A stretch of 64,000 bases of DNA from contig NC_043002.1 of assembly GCF_006345805.1 (NCBI RefSeq), forward strand, positions 115,258,001-115,322,000. The letters run 5' to 3'. Below are positions 52,999 to 64,000 of the stretch, piece by piece. How positions within the stretch are numbered: position 1 is the first letter of the stretch; each line of letters begins with the position of its first letter. Source of the stretch: Octopus sinensis (taxonomy: Eukaryota). The translations under genes and the position numbers were made by a program. The notes under the pieces were generated by a model, which saw only the letters and a program-made list of their open reading frames with translations, had not been told where the DNA came from and did no database searches.

Positions 52999-53228
52999 GG
53001 CGTTGTGTGTGTTTATTGAGCGAAAAAACACCTAAAAGCTCCACGAGGCTCCGGCAGGAGGTGGTGATCCCTGCTGTACTCTTTCACCACTCTAAAAGGC
53101 GGTGCTCCAGCATGGCCGCAGTCAAATGACTGATACAAGTACAAAAAAATATATATATATATATGTATATACCTATATAAATATATGAATGTGGGTGCGT
53201 CTACACACACACATATATATATATATAT

Positions 53229-53505
53229 ATCACGTGATCACGTGACCGAGCAGACCATCAGATACGTTCGCATTGTTTTAGCCTTCGAATGACGCCACCC
53301 CGCTGGCTAAGCGAGCAGGCAACAGAAGAAAGAGTGAGAGAAAGAGTGGTGAAAGAGTACAGCAGGGATCACCACCCCCTGCCGGAGCGTCGTGGAGCTT
53401 TTAGGTGTTTTCGCTCAATAAACAAACACAACGCCCGGTCTGGGAATCGAAACCGCGATCCTACAACTGCGAGTCCGCTGCCCTAACCACTGGGCCATTG
53501 CGCCT

Positions 53506-53507
<2 letters not shown>
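53229..53507 (-). mobile_element. SINE family C, full length (copy 1)
   Basis: Minus strand GGAGGCGCAATGGCCCAGTGGTTAGGG (A box)...GGTTTCGATTCCC (B box)...tail GGTCACGTGATCACGTGAT. Confidence 0.9.
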
Positions 53508-53544
<37 letters not shown>

Positions 53545-53554
53545 ACACACACAT

Positions 53555-53597
<43 letters not shown>

Positions 53598-53831
53598 GGC
53601 GTTGTGTGTGTTTATTGAGCGAAAAAACACCTAAAAGCTCCACGAGGCTCCGGCAGGAGGTGGTGATCCCTGCTGTACTCTTTCACCACTCTAAAAGGCG
53701 GTGCTCCAGCATGGCCGCAGTCAAATGACTGATACAAGTACAAAAAAAAATATATATATATATATGTATATACCTATATAAATATATGAATGTGGGTGCG
53801 TCTACACACACACATATATATATATATATAT

Positions 53832-54109
53832 ATCACGTGATCACGTGACCGAGCAGACCATCAGATACGTTCGCATTGTTTTAGCCTTCGAATGACGCCA
53901 CCCCGCTGGCTAAGCGAGCAGGCCAACAGAAGAAAGAGTGAGAGAAAGAGTGGTGAAAGAGTACAGCAGGGATCACCACCCCCTGCCGGAGCGTCGTGGA
54001 GCTTTTAGGTGTTTTCGCTCAATAAACAAACACAACGCCCGGTCTGGGAATCGAAACCGCGATCCTACAACTGCGAGTCCGCTGCCCTAACCACTGGGCC
54101 ATTGCGCCT

Positions 54110-54111
<2 letters not shown>
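53832..54111 (-). mobile_element. SINE family C, full length (copy 2, near-identical)
   Basis: Differs from copy 1 only by a few single-base indels. Confidence 0.9.
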
Positions 54112-54177
<66 letters not shown>

Positions 54178-54178
<1 letters not shown>

Positions 54179-54673
54179 CTAGCAGTATCGCCCGGAGTTG
54201 CTCGGATTTGTAAGGGAAATAACTATATAAGCATTTTTTAGAGAGTTACTTCCCTTATAGATGCCAATTCGGACTTTCTTAGCCATTTCTGTTTTGGTGT
54301 CTTCAAGCCATGAAGTCGTTGTTCTAAAAGAACGCTGGTCTCCTTGACAACGCATTACGACGTTGATTTCATTACACTCCCTTCCCCACAGCTTCACGAG
54401 GGAGGGAAGGGGGAGAAGCAAACAGGTGCAGCTGTGAGCGTGGACGCCAACTCCGCCGCCATCGACACACGAAAAATTATGCATTAAAATGGAATAAAAA
54501 ATGATGTTAAATTATTTTTAAAATCGTAGACTCATCGTTGACGCGCGCTAATAGCCAGACGAGCTCGATATGAATCACGACTATAAGATACCCGAATTTG
54601 GTTAAACTGCACCGCAAAATGTGGGAGGAGTTAGGAATCTAAATCGAAGGGGACAGACACTCACACAACTAGG

Positions 54674-54690
<17 letters not shown>
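54178..54690 (+). mobile_element. Non-autonomous Helitron-type element with ~210-bp internal insert
   Basis: Same termini and body as 19331-19730; extra sequence at about 54260-54470. Confidence 0.7.
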
Positions 54691-54736
<46 letters not shown>

Positions 54737-54737
<1 letters not shown>

Positions 54738-54863
54738 GAGGCGCAATAGCCCAGTGGTTGTGGAGGCGCAATGGCCCAGTGGTTAGGGCAGCGGACTCCC
54801 GTTGTAGGATCGCGGTTTCGATTCCCAGACCGGGCGTTGTGTGTGTTTATTGAGCGAAAACAC

Positions 54864-54866
<3 letters not shown>
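54737..54866 (+). mobile_element. SINE family C 5' part with duplicated head
   Basis: GGAGGCGCAATRGCCCAGTGGTT twice, then B box GGTTTCGATTCCC. Confidence 0.88.
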
Positions 54867-54896
<30 letters not shown>

Positions 54897-55116
54897 AGAA
54901 ATACAAAATGGCTGACGATTAGTAAGGAGAGACACAAATAAGAAAGAAGAAAACAAAGGACCACTGATGCGGTCACAGGAGTGTGACGAAAGAACTCTGG
55001 CCGAAATAAGATTAAGATTAATGTAAAAAATAAATAACACTGAAGCAAAATAACACCAAATATATAGTGCGTGTGTTTTTATTGGCTAAACTGGCAATAT
55101 GACCATTCCGAAATAT

Positions 55117-55190
<74 letters not shown>

Positions 55191-55362
55191 AACAATTGCA
55201 GCGTGGAAGGTTTTTGTAAGCCATTTAAGAAACACACAAAAGCCGTTCGATTCACTTCAACATTTAAGTTTAATTTGTCAAAATATTTTCGTCGCTTTAA
55301 GACCGCGACCTGTTCACTGACAAAAAATCCGTGCATTATATTTGCAAGTGTTCGACATAAAT

Positions 55363-55792
55363 GTTGGTTGGTTGGTTGGTTGGTTGGCTGGTTGGTTGGT
55401 TAGTTGGTTGGTTGGTTGGTTGGTTGGTTGGTTGGTTGGTTGGCTGCCTGGTTGGTTGGTTGTTGGTTGGTTGGTTGGTTGGTTGGTTGGTTGACTGGCT
55501 GGTTGGTTGGTTGGTTGGTTGGTTGGTTGGCTGCCTGGTTGGTTGGTTGGTTGGTTGGTTGGTTGACTGGTTGGTTGGTTGTTGGTTGGTTGGTTGGTTG
55601 GTTGGTTGGTTGGTTGGCTGCCTGGTTGGTTGGTTGGTTGGTTGGTTGGTTGGTTGGTTGACTGGTTGGTTGGTTGGTTGGTTGGTTGGTTGGTTGGTTG
55701 GTTGGTTGGTTGGTTGGTTGGTTGGTTGGTTGGTTGGCTGCCTGGTTGGTTGGTTGGTTGGTTGGTTGACTGGTTGGTTGGTTTGTTGGTTG
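55363..55792. repeat. (GGTT)n array with periodic variant units
   Basis: Direct reading. Confidence 0.95.
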
Positions 55793-56339
55793 GCTTCGAT
55801 CAAAATGCAATGCGCCAGGAATCGCTTCAAAATTACGACTGCAGCTATTGCTCAGTTAAAGCTCAAGATATCATCAGAGATCGATTGACAAGCAGGAACT
55901 ACTCGAAACAACTCAGAAAAGCAGAATGACAGAGTGGTTGAATATGATTCCTATATTCTGTAGATAAGATTTTAGAAATTTAAAATGGAAATTATACTGG
56001 CCATATCAGTTCAGTTTTGGTTGGTGCTTGATGTAAATAGCTATTTACTATAAGCTATCTTTGTAAGCCGAACAGTAATGTGTACTTGCCTTCCGAGAAA
56101 CACCATGCTAAGTCAATCACTCTTCTAAATACGGAGAGAATTTGTTTTTACATGTGTTTACAGTTTCAAAGCTAAGTTTATAAAATATATTTGTGCATTA
56201 AATCTTATCACAGAGCAACAACCACAGCAATAATAATAACTATTATTATTAGTATTATTACCATTATTATTATTCCAAATTTTTGCCACAAGGATGAAAG
56301 GCAAAGTCGACTTCGGTGAAATTTGAAGTCAGAAAGTAT

Positions 56340-58460
56340 CCGTCTTCAGTCCTTTCAATCTCGTTCACCACACTATTTCCTTTGCTATAGCCACCAGACA
56401 GAGGAAAACTGCCTTTCCTTCTCGACCAAGGGAAGGTGGCGAGGCGATCTTCATGATGGACTCGGCTGATAACCGAATCCGTCCTACACGTGATAACAGC
56501 TGTTCGACAAAGCTCCACAAGTCAGTAATGCAAAGACACTGGACGAGTGCGTGCAGGGCGGTTTCGTCGCCCTGCGCACACTTCGGACAGGTCTGTCTGA
56601 CAGCACTTCTGTGTCTGCAGAGCTTGTCTCGAACCGGTAGCACTGCCAGGCCAGGGATTTCTGGAAGTTATCCATAAGCTCCAGCCCGAAAGTTCTCCGG
56701 AAAAGACTAGTTAATTGATCCCTCCCAACGCCCAGAGTTTCCCCGAGGACATCGTTGCTCTTGCCCACCACTAATCCCCTACAGAACTCCATGGTAGAAC
56801 TTCCACCGACCGCGTTGCCCGACTGCCAAATAGCTGTGAGCACTTGCCGACACTCCAGGTGCCAAGTGCCTTTCTTGGTCTACGTTTGATGCAGGACTGT
56901 AGCTCTGTCAATGAGACGAGCTGGGCAAAATTCTGCTTGACAAACAGCAACCACACCGTTAAGAAAGTGCTAGAGATGTTGCATCTTCAGTGCGTGTCTG
57001 CGCATCATTAGCTACGGCATGCCCAGTTCTCTACTCAGTGGCTGTTGACAGTAGATGGACCGTCTGATGAGTGGAACACGATCCCTCTACAGAAAGCGGA
57101 AGAGCAAGCGCTCCAGATTGCTCTGTTTCATGGTCAGCCATGAAACAGGGCAATGGACGACGGTCAGGCGATAGTAGATTACGGAAGTGATGTACGCGTT
57201 TACCACCTCTGTCCGATTTTTCAGGGACAGCTTCGTCTCTGCCCATTTCTAGGTGAGATTGGCTACCTTGCTCGTCACCTCTCCCCAGTTCTTGTCTACC
57301 TGGACGCCCGGACCAAACCAGACACCGGCCAATTTAACTGGTCCTTCTGTCCAGCGCCCTACCACGCTGTCGGTCGGCATGGATCCGCCTCTCCAGGTGA
57401 CGAATTGCAGGCCCACCGACTTGTCCCGATTCCTTTTTGCTACTGTGACTGCTTTGTACTATTCCGACACTATTTCGGTGACGTCGTCCTCATAAATCGA
57501 CACGAACCTTCCGCATCCTAGATCACGCGGATGTCCCTCGAAATATCCAACTTCCTCAGTAATGATTCCGGAACCAGCACGTACAGAAGGGGAGAGAGTG
57601 GGCATCCTTTACGGAACGAGCGAGCGATGCTAAACGATTCCGAAAGATGGCCGTTTACTTTGACCACAGAACAGATGCCGTTAAATATTGCAGTGATCCA
57701 GCCTCTGAAAACAGGACCGAAACTGACCGCTGCGAGTACAACCTCCATGTATTGATGGTGGACCCTGTCAAAAACTGTTGATTGATCAAAATTGATCAGG
57801 GCCCCACCCATGTCAGCTTCCTTCCCTACCCTCTCGATGATGTAGCGCGTGAGGTGGAGGTTGTCGTGGATAGATCAGTTCGGAATAGCGCATGTTTGCA
57901 AGTTACCGACCCGCTTACCGACGGCAAGCGCAAATCTCTTGGCTAATACCTTGGCCAAAATCTTATAATCTGCGTTTAGCAGAGTTATAGGCCTAAAATG
58001 CTGAGTGTGTTCTTATGTATTATCTCTTCTGCTGTTAAGGGGAGTAAAGCTGATGCATCTGTTGCTGGTCTTGTTGTTGGTGATTTTCCTTAGTTTCTTG
58101 GTTTTGCTGTTCTTGTTGATAACGATGCCGTTGTTGGGGCTTTTGAGGTCCTGGTGTTGGCAGTAAGAGACTGCCATGGTTCTCTGTCGCTCAATTATAC
58201 TGTCGCTCCACACAGGTGGTACCGTGGCCTTCTACCCTCCAATGCGACATGTAATTCTTCCTTTCCTGGAGATCTTGTGAATAGTCCCTGGTTGAATATA
58301 GAGGCATTCCTCCACACTAGTGCCAGACAAATTTCCACGTCATGTCCTTTTGGCTTCCAGGAGGCTGTTGCTCCTTTCCAAAACGATCGCTGCGAGAATC
58401 CACCACAGGTTTACTTTTGGTAGTATTCTAGCTATCTTTATGCGCACCATCCTCCTTGCT
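56340..58460 (-). mobile_element. Tx1/L1-clade LINE, internally deleted (ORF1 knuckle fragment, RT, C-terminal CCHC)
   Basis: ORF1-like VALEGRRPRYHLCGAT; RT FRPITLLNADYKILAKVLAKR, DQSTVFDRVHHQY, RKGCPLSPLLYVL; zinc motif CPKCAQGDETALHALVQC. Confidence 0.88.
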
Positions 58461-59280
58461 TGGAGCCCATCATCCACGTACAGACACTGATCACCTATAC
58501 CTAAAGAGAGAAAACGGAGGAAGGGGACTGATAAGTGTGGAAAACTGCGTGCGTATCGGACACGAGAGTTTAATGAGATACCTAGCCCCAAATAAGGAAA
58601 CTTTGCTAGTGGCAGTTAGGAACAAGGGAGTATTGAGAGCAGAGAAAAAGGGGAAAACAAAGGAAGAAGTGCAAAAAGTACATGAAGAAGAACTACGCAA
58701 GAAGGGACTACACAATCCATTCCATGTAGCCACAACAAAAGTTGTTGGAAGAAAATAGGTAGGATTGGCTGATGAAAGAACCTTAAAAAAAAGAGACCGA
58801 GAGCACTATACTGGCAGCGCAGGACCAAGCTCTGGCCACGAAATGGAGGGTCAACCTGAAGAATGAGTGTCTCCTAATGGCGGTAGACATGGTTCACTAC
58901 ATATGCTATATAGCTGACGTTGCATGCCCCTTTGACCCCGAATAGTCAAGAAGAAAAGCGAAAAGATAGAAGGATACAACCCGCTTAAGTAAGAAATAAC
59001 CTGGCTATGGAAAATGAAGAAGGGGGAGATAGTACCAATTATTGTTGGGTGTTTGGGAGCAGTATCAGAAGGTACCAAGAGAAATATAAAGGAAATTGCA
59101 ATAGAGTGCTCAGTAGAACTGTTACAAAAGATTTACCTCCTTGGCACGGCCAGAATAATCAGATAAGTATTAGACAGTGGTAAAGAACAGATAGCATGGT
59201 ACCGTAGGCTGCAGGCAGTAAGCCCTCTACACATGCAAGACTCCAGGAGCTCCAACAAAACATGTGATAAAGGCAAAAAA
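58459..59280 (+). mobile_element. R4/Dong-clade LINE 3' fragment, internally deleted
   Basis: GAHHPRTDTDHLYLKRENGGRGL, ETESTILAAQDQAL, DVACPFD, IVPIIVGCLGAV, LLQKIYLLGTARIIR (RLE domain). Confidence 0.85.
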
Positions 59281-59287
59281 AATTTAA

Positions 59288-59293
59288 TTAATA

Positions 59294-59328
<35 letters not shown>

Positions 59329-59347
59329 TATAATGATAATAATAATG

Positions 59348-59414
<67 letters not shown>

Positions 59415-59434
59415 TAATAATAATAATGATGATA

Positions 59435-59468
<34 letters not shown>

Positions 59469-59527
59469 TATAATGATATAATAATAATAATAATAATAAT
59501 GATGATGATGATGATGATGATGATGAT

Positions 59528-59558
<31 letters not shown>

Positions 59559-59577
59559 TAATAATAATAATAATAAC
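59288..59577. repeat. (AAT)n/(GAT)n array
   Basis: Direct reading. Confidence 0.95.
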
Positions 59578-60621
59578 GGAATTAGACATACAAGAAACAA
59601 GCACAGAAAAAGCTAAGCGCATGAAAACCCGTGCTAAAACTGCGGCCTTATTCTGAATGATAAATGGCAAAAAAAAACCTCTCTATGGCAAATACCCAAA
59701 GCGAATAATGCAGATGTTGACAAAGCCCTGACCCATCAATGGCTAATGGCCTCTGGCTTAAAATCTGAAACAGAAGGGTTTATCATAGCAGCCCAAGATT
59801 AATGCCTACCTACAAGGAACTACCAGGCCAACATATTAAAGAACGGCAGTAGCCCAAAATGTCGTGTATGTCAACAACAAAATGAAACCATTGATCATGT
59901 TGTCTCCAAGTGCAGTCTTCTTGCGCATACAGAGTATCTCAACAGGCATGATAGAGCTGCACAATATATTCACTGGGTAATTTGCAAAAACCTGGATTTG
60001 CCCCATGAAAAAAAACTGGTGGGAACACAAACCACCTCCAGTGCTTGAAAATGACCACATCTCACTCCTCTGGAACTTCACCATTCAAACTGACAGAAAG
60101 ATAGATGCGAATAGGCCAGACATCATATTGAAAGACTTCAGACAAAAATCATGCCTTCTCATTGATATGACTGTCCCAATCGATATAAATGTATCTGTCA
60201 AGACCTACCAAAAAATGAGCAAATATAAAGATCTTGAAATAGAAATCAGCAAAATGTGGAACCTGAAAACTAAAACAATGCCTGTTGTCATAGGTACCCT
60301 GGGAATGATAGCGAAAGGGGCTGATTGCTACCTAGCTCAGACACCAGGAAACCCCAAAATGGCAGAAATTCAAAAGATAGTGCTCATGGAAACTGCTCAT
60401 ATCCTACGTAAAATACTTTCTATGTAATCTCAGGGTTTAAAACAAATATAAGTTTCCTTTTTTATTTTTTTGGACATTCACTAGTACAACACGAAGAAAA
60501 AAACCAAATATATGGCACACTAGGCATAACAACAACATGAACTTCCAACCTGTTGTCTCTTGAGGTCTCTGGGTGAGACTTGGAACCAACTTCTACAAAT
60601 ATAAAGCAAAAGTCAAACATA
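59578..60621 (+). mobile_element. R4/Dong-clade LINE 3' fragment with CCHC and intact RLE ORF end
   Basis: GLKSETEGFIIAAQD, CRVCQQQNETIDHVVSKC, RHDRAA, ORF 60005-60427 with NRPDI, IDMTVP, KYKDL, PVVIGTLG, QKIVLMETAHILRK. Confidence 0.92.
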
Positions 60622-60708
60622 GAAGAAGAAGACGAAGAAGAAGAAGAAGAAGAAGAAGAAGAAGAAGAAGAAGAAGAAGAAGAAAAAGAAGAAGAAGAAG
60701 AAGAAGAA

Positions 60709-60755
<47 letters not shown>

Positions 60756-60790
60756 AGAAGAAGAAGAAGAAGAAGAAGAAGAAGAAGAAG
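60622..60790. repeat. (GAA)n
   Basis: Direct reading. Confidence 0.95.
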
Positions 60791-61051
60791 CATTAGGAGC
60801 ATTAGCTTAGGAGCATTTCGTTCGTCTTTACGTTCGAAGTCGACTTTGCCTTTCATCCTTTCGTGGTCGACAAATAAACACCAGTTACGCACGGGTGTCG
60901 ATTAAATTGACTTGGTTCCTCTTATAAAATTGATGGCCTTGTGCCAAAATTTGAAACCAATATAATTTATTTTCAACTGAAAATCGTCAGTGGTTATATC
61001 TTCTTTCCGATTCTATCTGTTAATACTAGAATACAATATCAAGAAAAATTC

Positions 61052-61471
61052 GGATCTTTTCGGTTTGAACGGCAGTTTTTCTAGCGATGTCATATGAAAT
61101 TGTCACCCATAATTATGACCCTAGAATCGATCTATTGCATTTCAATCTCTTTTAGGGTTAGGGTTAGGGTTAGGGGTGGGGGAAGGGTATCTTTTTTTCT
61201 TCACAAATGTAAATAAACCCAATCTATTTCTTAAACGACGAACATATTCATACGGCGCAGAATGCTTTTTAACTTAATAGACGTCACTGATTGGTTGAAA
61301 TTGCAGAAATGAAGAAAAAAGACAACAAATATCCTACAAACTATAGAATTTTCTCAATAAAACCAAGAGAAAAAGATGCTTTATAAACACATTCTACCAG
61401 TATACGAAGTTTAACATTTTTTAGTTACCTAGAAATTATGTTAAAAACTGCCGTTTAAACCGAATAGATCC
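61052..61471. mobile_element. 420-bp MITE with 29-bp TIRs and internal (TTAGGG)4
   Basis: GGATCTTTTCGGTTTGAACGGCAGTTTTT (61052-61080) versus AAAAACTGCCGTTTAAACCGAATAGATCC (61443-61471), 2 mismatches. Confidence 0.85.
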
Positions 61472-61617
61472 CAATATTTGGAAAAACAAGAATAAATTCT
61501 CCACTGGAAAATTCTTGATGTATCCTCTCATAAATTTCCTACCAAAAATATTACGTTTTTTGTTGGTTTTTTTTTTTTTGTTGGGGGGTTTGCTAAAATT
61601 ACAACTAAATTTAGCAT

Positions 61618-61792
61618 AGGTGGAGGCATGGTTGTGTGGCTAAGAAGTTCGCTTTGCAACCACGTGGTTTCAGGTTCAGTCCCATTGCGCGGAACGTTGG
61701 GTAAATGTCCTCTGCTATAGCCCAGATCGACCAATGCCTCATGAATGAATTTTTTAGGCGGAAATTGCGGAAGCCTATCGCGTATGTATGTA

Positions 61793-61823
<31 letters not shown>

Positions 61824-61955
61824 ACATATGTTTGTGTTTGTGCCCTCCATCACCACCACCACAAATAATAACCATCGTTTGACAACCAGTGATGATTTGT
61901 TTACGTTCCGTAACTTAGCGGTTTAGCAATAAAAACCGTTAGAATAAGTACCAGA
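61618..61955 (+). mobile_element. SINE family A, diverged, 3'-truncated
   Basis: GGTTGTGTGGCTAAG...GGTTCAGTCCCATTGCG...GACAACCAG...CCGTAACTTAGCGG...GAATAAGTACC. Confidence 0.85.
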
Positions 61956-62537
61956 CTTTTTTTCTTCGACAGACCGAGAAATATCCTTATCCGAAATTTG
62001 TTTTCCATTCAATTATGCCAGGCATTTTTGAAATTCCGTACCATCGTAAAAACATTCCATCCAATTTGTAGGATCTCTAGTGACTATTGTCACATATCTC
62101 GTTTATAAAAAATTAGAATACACAGTAACTTAAACAGAATTGAAAACTTAATTATTCTATCATGAGAGAATTTCGTTTTGCGTTCACCTTTAATCAGTTT
62201 GATTAAACATAAATTTTAGTTTGAAAGTCTTTATTATCAATGTGGTTCTCACCATAGCAATACTTAAAAAATTTAACTGTATATCTCGTGAAAAAATTAT
62301 TGGTTAGACCATCAACGAAAATATTCGTTATTAATTGACTGTCAGAATGATTTGATCCCAAAATAATAATGCTTAGAATGTTCTTCGTTATATAATATTA
62401 GACAACCTCGTTTTAAAAATCAGATTCAAACAAATGCACACACTTATTTGTTTGTGTGTACACATATATAAAACATAAATGCCGTTTAATTGAGCATTTG
62501 CCAAATGTCAAAGTGAACGAGTATAGGTTTCCTTGAG

Positions 62538-62794
62538 GTAAGTTTCGGAAGTACGTCTTTCTTTTCCTGTATGAGCAGAGAGAGTTTTCATTCTAAAAAT
62601 AATTCTCCGTATGCTGCATTTTCTTTTTTTTTTTTTGACCGGTTGGTATTTAAACTTATTACAATAACACTTTTTTTTTTTTTTTTGCTTTATTGAAATA
62701 AAATCCGTTTTTAATGAATACTATATTCTTCTCAGAAATATAGAAACTATAATGATAATTTTCATGAAATAATATGAAGGTATATTATTTTCAG
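62538..62794 (+). other. Probable 5'-UTR intron of the START gene
   Basis: Consensus donor GAG|GTAAGT at 62538; T-rich intron; acceptor TATTTTCAG| at 62794, 9 nt before ATG 62804. Confidence 0.6.
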
Positions 62795-62803
62795 CTCTTC
62801 ACT

Positions 62804-63442
62804 ATGTCAAAGGAAGATTACGAAAACCTCGCCAAGAAATTACTTTCTACAGTAGAAGATTACATGGAAGATGGAAATGGATGGAAAGTTATTGTGGATA
62901 AGCCAAATGTTATTGTATCTTCTCGTAAATCAACAGAATTTAATGGTAATTTATACAAAGCTGAGGGAATAATTGAAGCATCCCCTGATACTGTATTTCA
63001 ATATTTAGACCCGTCACCTGATTCTCTCCGCCTTCAATGGGATAAAAGAATGGCTGGTATCGAGTGTCTTGAAGTATTGAGTCCTAATTTGAAAATAGCA
63101 CGAATGTACACTGGGGCTGAAGTAATAAATATCATATCCCCAAGAGATTTCGTGGATCTTATATTCAATGTGGAAAACGATAAATTCATAGCTACCTGTG
63201 CAGTTAGTATTGAGTATTCGAAATGTCCACCGGTAGCAGACTTTGTTCGGGGTTTCGATCACCCATGTGCTTTGGTGTGCATTAAAGTTCCTGGAGATGC
63301 AAACAAAACTAATTTGCTAAGCTTATTACAACCAGACCTTCGAGGTAGGTTACCAACCGAAATTGTTGATTCGGCAATGCCTAATTCCCTTGCAGGGTTT
63401 TATGATGGCCTTAGAGATACAATACTCAAAAAGGCTCCTTAA
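62804..63442 (+). CDS. STARD5: START-domain lipid/sterol transfer protein, STARD4/5/6 subfamily (STARD5-like), 212 aa, single coding exon
   Basis: Uninterrupted ORF (the track calls it from 62774; the likely start is ATG 62804). START motifs: W..IVDKPNVIVSSRKSTEFNGNLYKAEGII, LRLQWDK, ISPRDFVDL, VRGFDHPC, DLRGRLP..IVDSAMP. Exact paralogue (STARD4/5/6) needs a phylogeny. Confidence 0.88.
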   Translation: MSKEDYENLAKKLLSTVEDYMEDGNGWKVIVDKPNVIVSSRKSTEFNGNLYKAEGIIEASPDTVFQYLDPSPDSLRLQWDKRMAGIECLEVLSPNLKIARMYTGAEVINIISPRDFVDLIFNVENDKFIATCAVSIEYSKCPPVADFVRGFDHPCALVCIKVPGDANKTNLLSLLQPDLRGRLPTEIVDSAMPNSLAGFYDGLRDTILKKAP

Positions 63443-64000
63443 GTTTTACCAAATTTATTGGTAAAATTTGATAAATGATATATGAATGGTGTTTGTCCCA
63501 ATAACTTTTCTAAACCAAAAGTTTATGTATTCAATGAAAACCTGTCGAAATCCTATTAAATTTGAAGTTCAGTAACCGCATATTGTTTTGTCTTGTTTAC
63601 TTTCTAAGTATATATTGTATTCTTAATTGTATGTTTATGCTCATTACACTTTCGTAATTTTAATACATTACCGTGCAACATTGTGTAGTTTTTGATCTTA
63701 GTCTACATATTTCGTTCTTTTTTTTTATATAAAAAATTTATCGGCATAAAACTGTTTGGTCCAATTACGTTAAGATAATCTAGAGTGCTAGTTTAAATTG
63801 ACTCATTTGAATTACTCCAAATCGAAAATAATTATTTTCACCGTGAGCATATGATCCGGAGATAGTTTATTTAGCTTGTATACGGAAGATTTGGCTTGTA
63901 AATAACGTAGAAAGGGAACATCACTAGATTCTAGCTGAATAGCTTTTTTTAGTTTTAAATAGGGAATTTAAATTACCAATATTGTCGATAGGACTCTCCT

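Overview
AT-rich, repeat-dominated eukaryotic DNA. The tRNA-derived SINE families and extreme microsatellite load are most consistent with an octopus (coleoid cephalopod) genome; this is recognition from memory, not a database result. Only one intact protein-coding gene is supported: an intronless START-domain (STARD4/5/6-type) CDS at 62804-63442 (+), preceded by a probable 5'-UTR intron. The rest is decayed mobile DNA: at least four tRNA-headed SINE families (called A-D here), Penelope-like elements (PLEs), CR1/L2-group, RTE, Tx1/L1, R4/Dong and CRE-like LINE fragments, one Ty3/gypsy element, Tc1, mariner and Tigger remnants, Helitron/Helentron-type non-autonomous elements, a MITE and long simple repeats. 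Nearly all ORFs in the supplied track are microsatellite or antisense artefacts. The most interesting signals are: (1) six minimal hammerhead-ribozyme-like motifs in PLE termini and fold-back structures, one near-canonical (3230-3289) and one downstream of a Pol III tRNA-like head (8981-9147); (2) a LINE 3' end sharing a hairpin with compensatory changes with the dominant SINE tail; (3) two diverged paralogous segments that both keep a 55-56 aa ORF. No rRNA, genuine tRNA or CRISPR array is supported. All alignments and folds were done by eye.
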